A stretch of DNA of 63,671 nt, the filler included, from Choristocarpus tenellus KU-1152 (lineage: Eukaryota > Protista > Phaeophyceae): NCBI GenBank assembly GCA_964200185.2. It is 9 parts of 9 records of this genome, joined end to end, with 100 filler letters (N's around TTAATTAATTAA, not from the genome) between each part and the next. Parts side by side here need not be neighbours in the genome. Positions count along the whole stretch, not along the records: positions 61,115 to 63,671 come from CAXNAD020026799.1; 8 more parts are not named here. One strand, 5' to 3'. Shown here in pieces: positions 63,659 through 63,671 of this stretch (positions are counted from its first letter, which is position 1; each line of letters starts with the position of its first letter). A program made the translations under genes and the position numbers. The notes beneath the pieces are model-generated. The model had not been told where the DNA came from and ran no database searches. It was given only the letters and a program-made list of their open reading frames with translations.

Positions 63659-63671
63659 AGATCGGAAGACG
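63659..63671 (+). other. Probable untrimmed Illumina adapter
   Basis: AGATCGGAAGA matches the first 11 nt of AGATCGGAAGAGC and abruptly replaces MITE sequence at the contig end. Confidence 0.75.

Overview
Eukaryotic nuclear DNA, not a prokaryotic locus. The window is nine unrelated short contigs joined by artificial 100-nt linkers (N44-TTAATTAATTAA-N44). Intron-rich genes, signal peptide + ASAFAP-type plastid presequences and TTAGGG repeats point to a photosynthetic stramenopile, probably a brown alga (inference). Spliced by hand: TRMO/TsaA tRNA methyltransferase (3' partial), alanyl-tRNA synthetase (internal exons), a plastid phosphoglycerate-mutase-like gene head-to-head with a plastid SAM methyltransferase, a coiled-coil gene head-to-head with ORC6, and a multi-EF-hand protein (partial). 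Introns and intergenic DNA hold decayed Ty1/copia relics, micro/minisatellites and about 26 full or partial copies of short non-autonomous TIR transposons (MITEs). The most striking signal is in these MITEs. Two families and a third variant share a 14-bp terminus G(A/G)(G/C)YCAAAGTATCT and an inner GTCCRTTTGGG box. That box starts about 31 bp from one end but 41-45 bp from the other, across unrelated spacer sequences: a one-helical-turn asymmetry reminiscent of the RAG 12/23 rule, with 3-bp (family A) or 4-bp (family B) target-site duplications. Also notable: a bacterial TraD-like gene fossil inside an AlaRS intron, a decayed HNH-endonuclease/viral-like island, local conversion of CCCT/CCTAA seeds into telomeric repeats, three GC-AG introns and a 9-nt microexon. 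All family assignments are from recalled motifs, with no database search.
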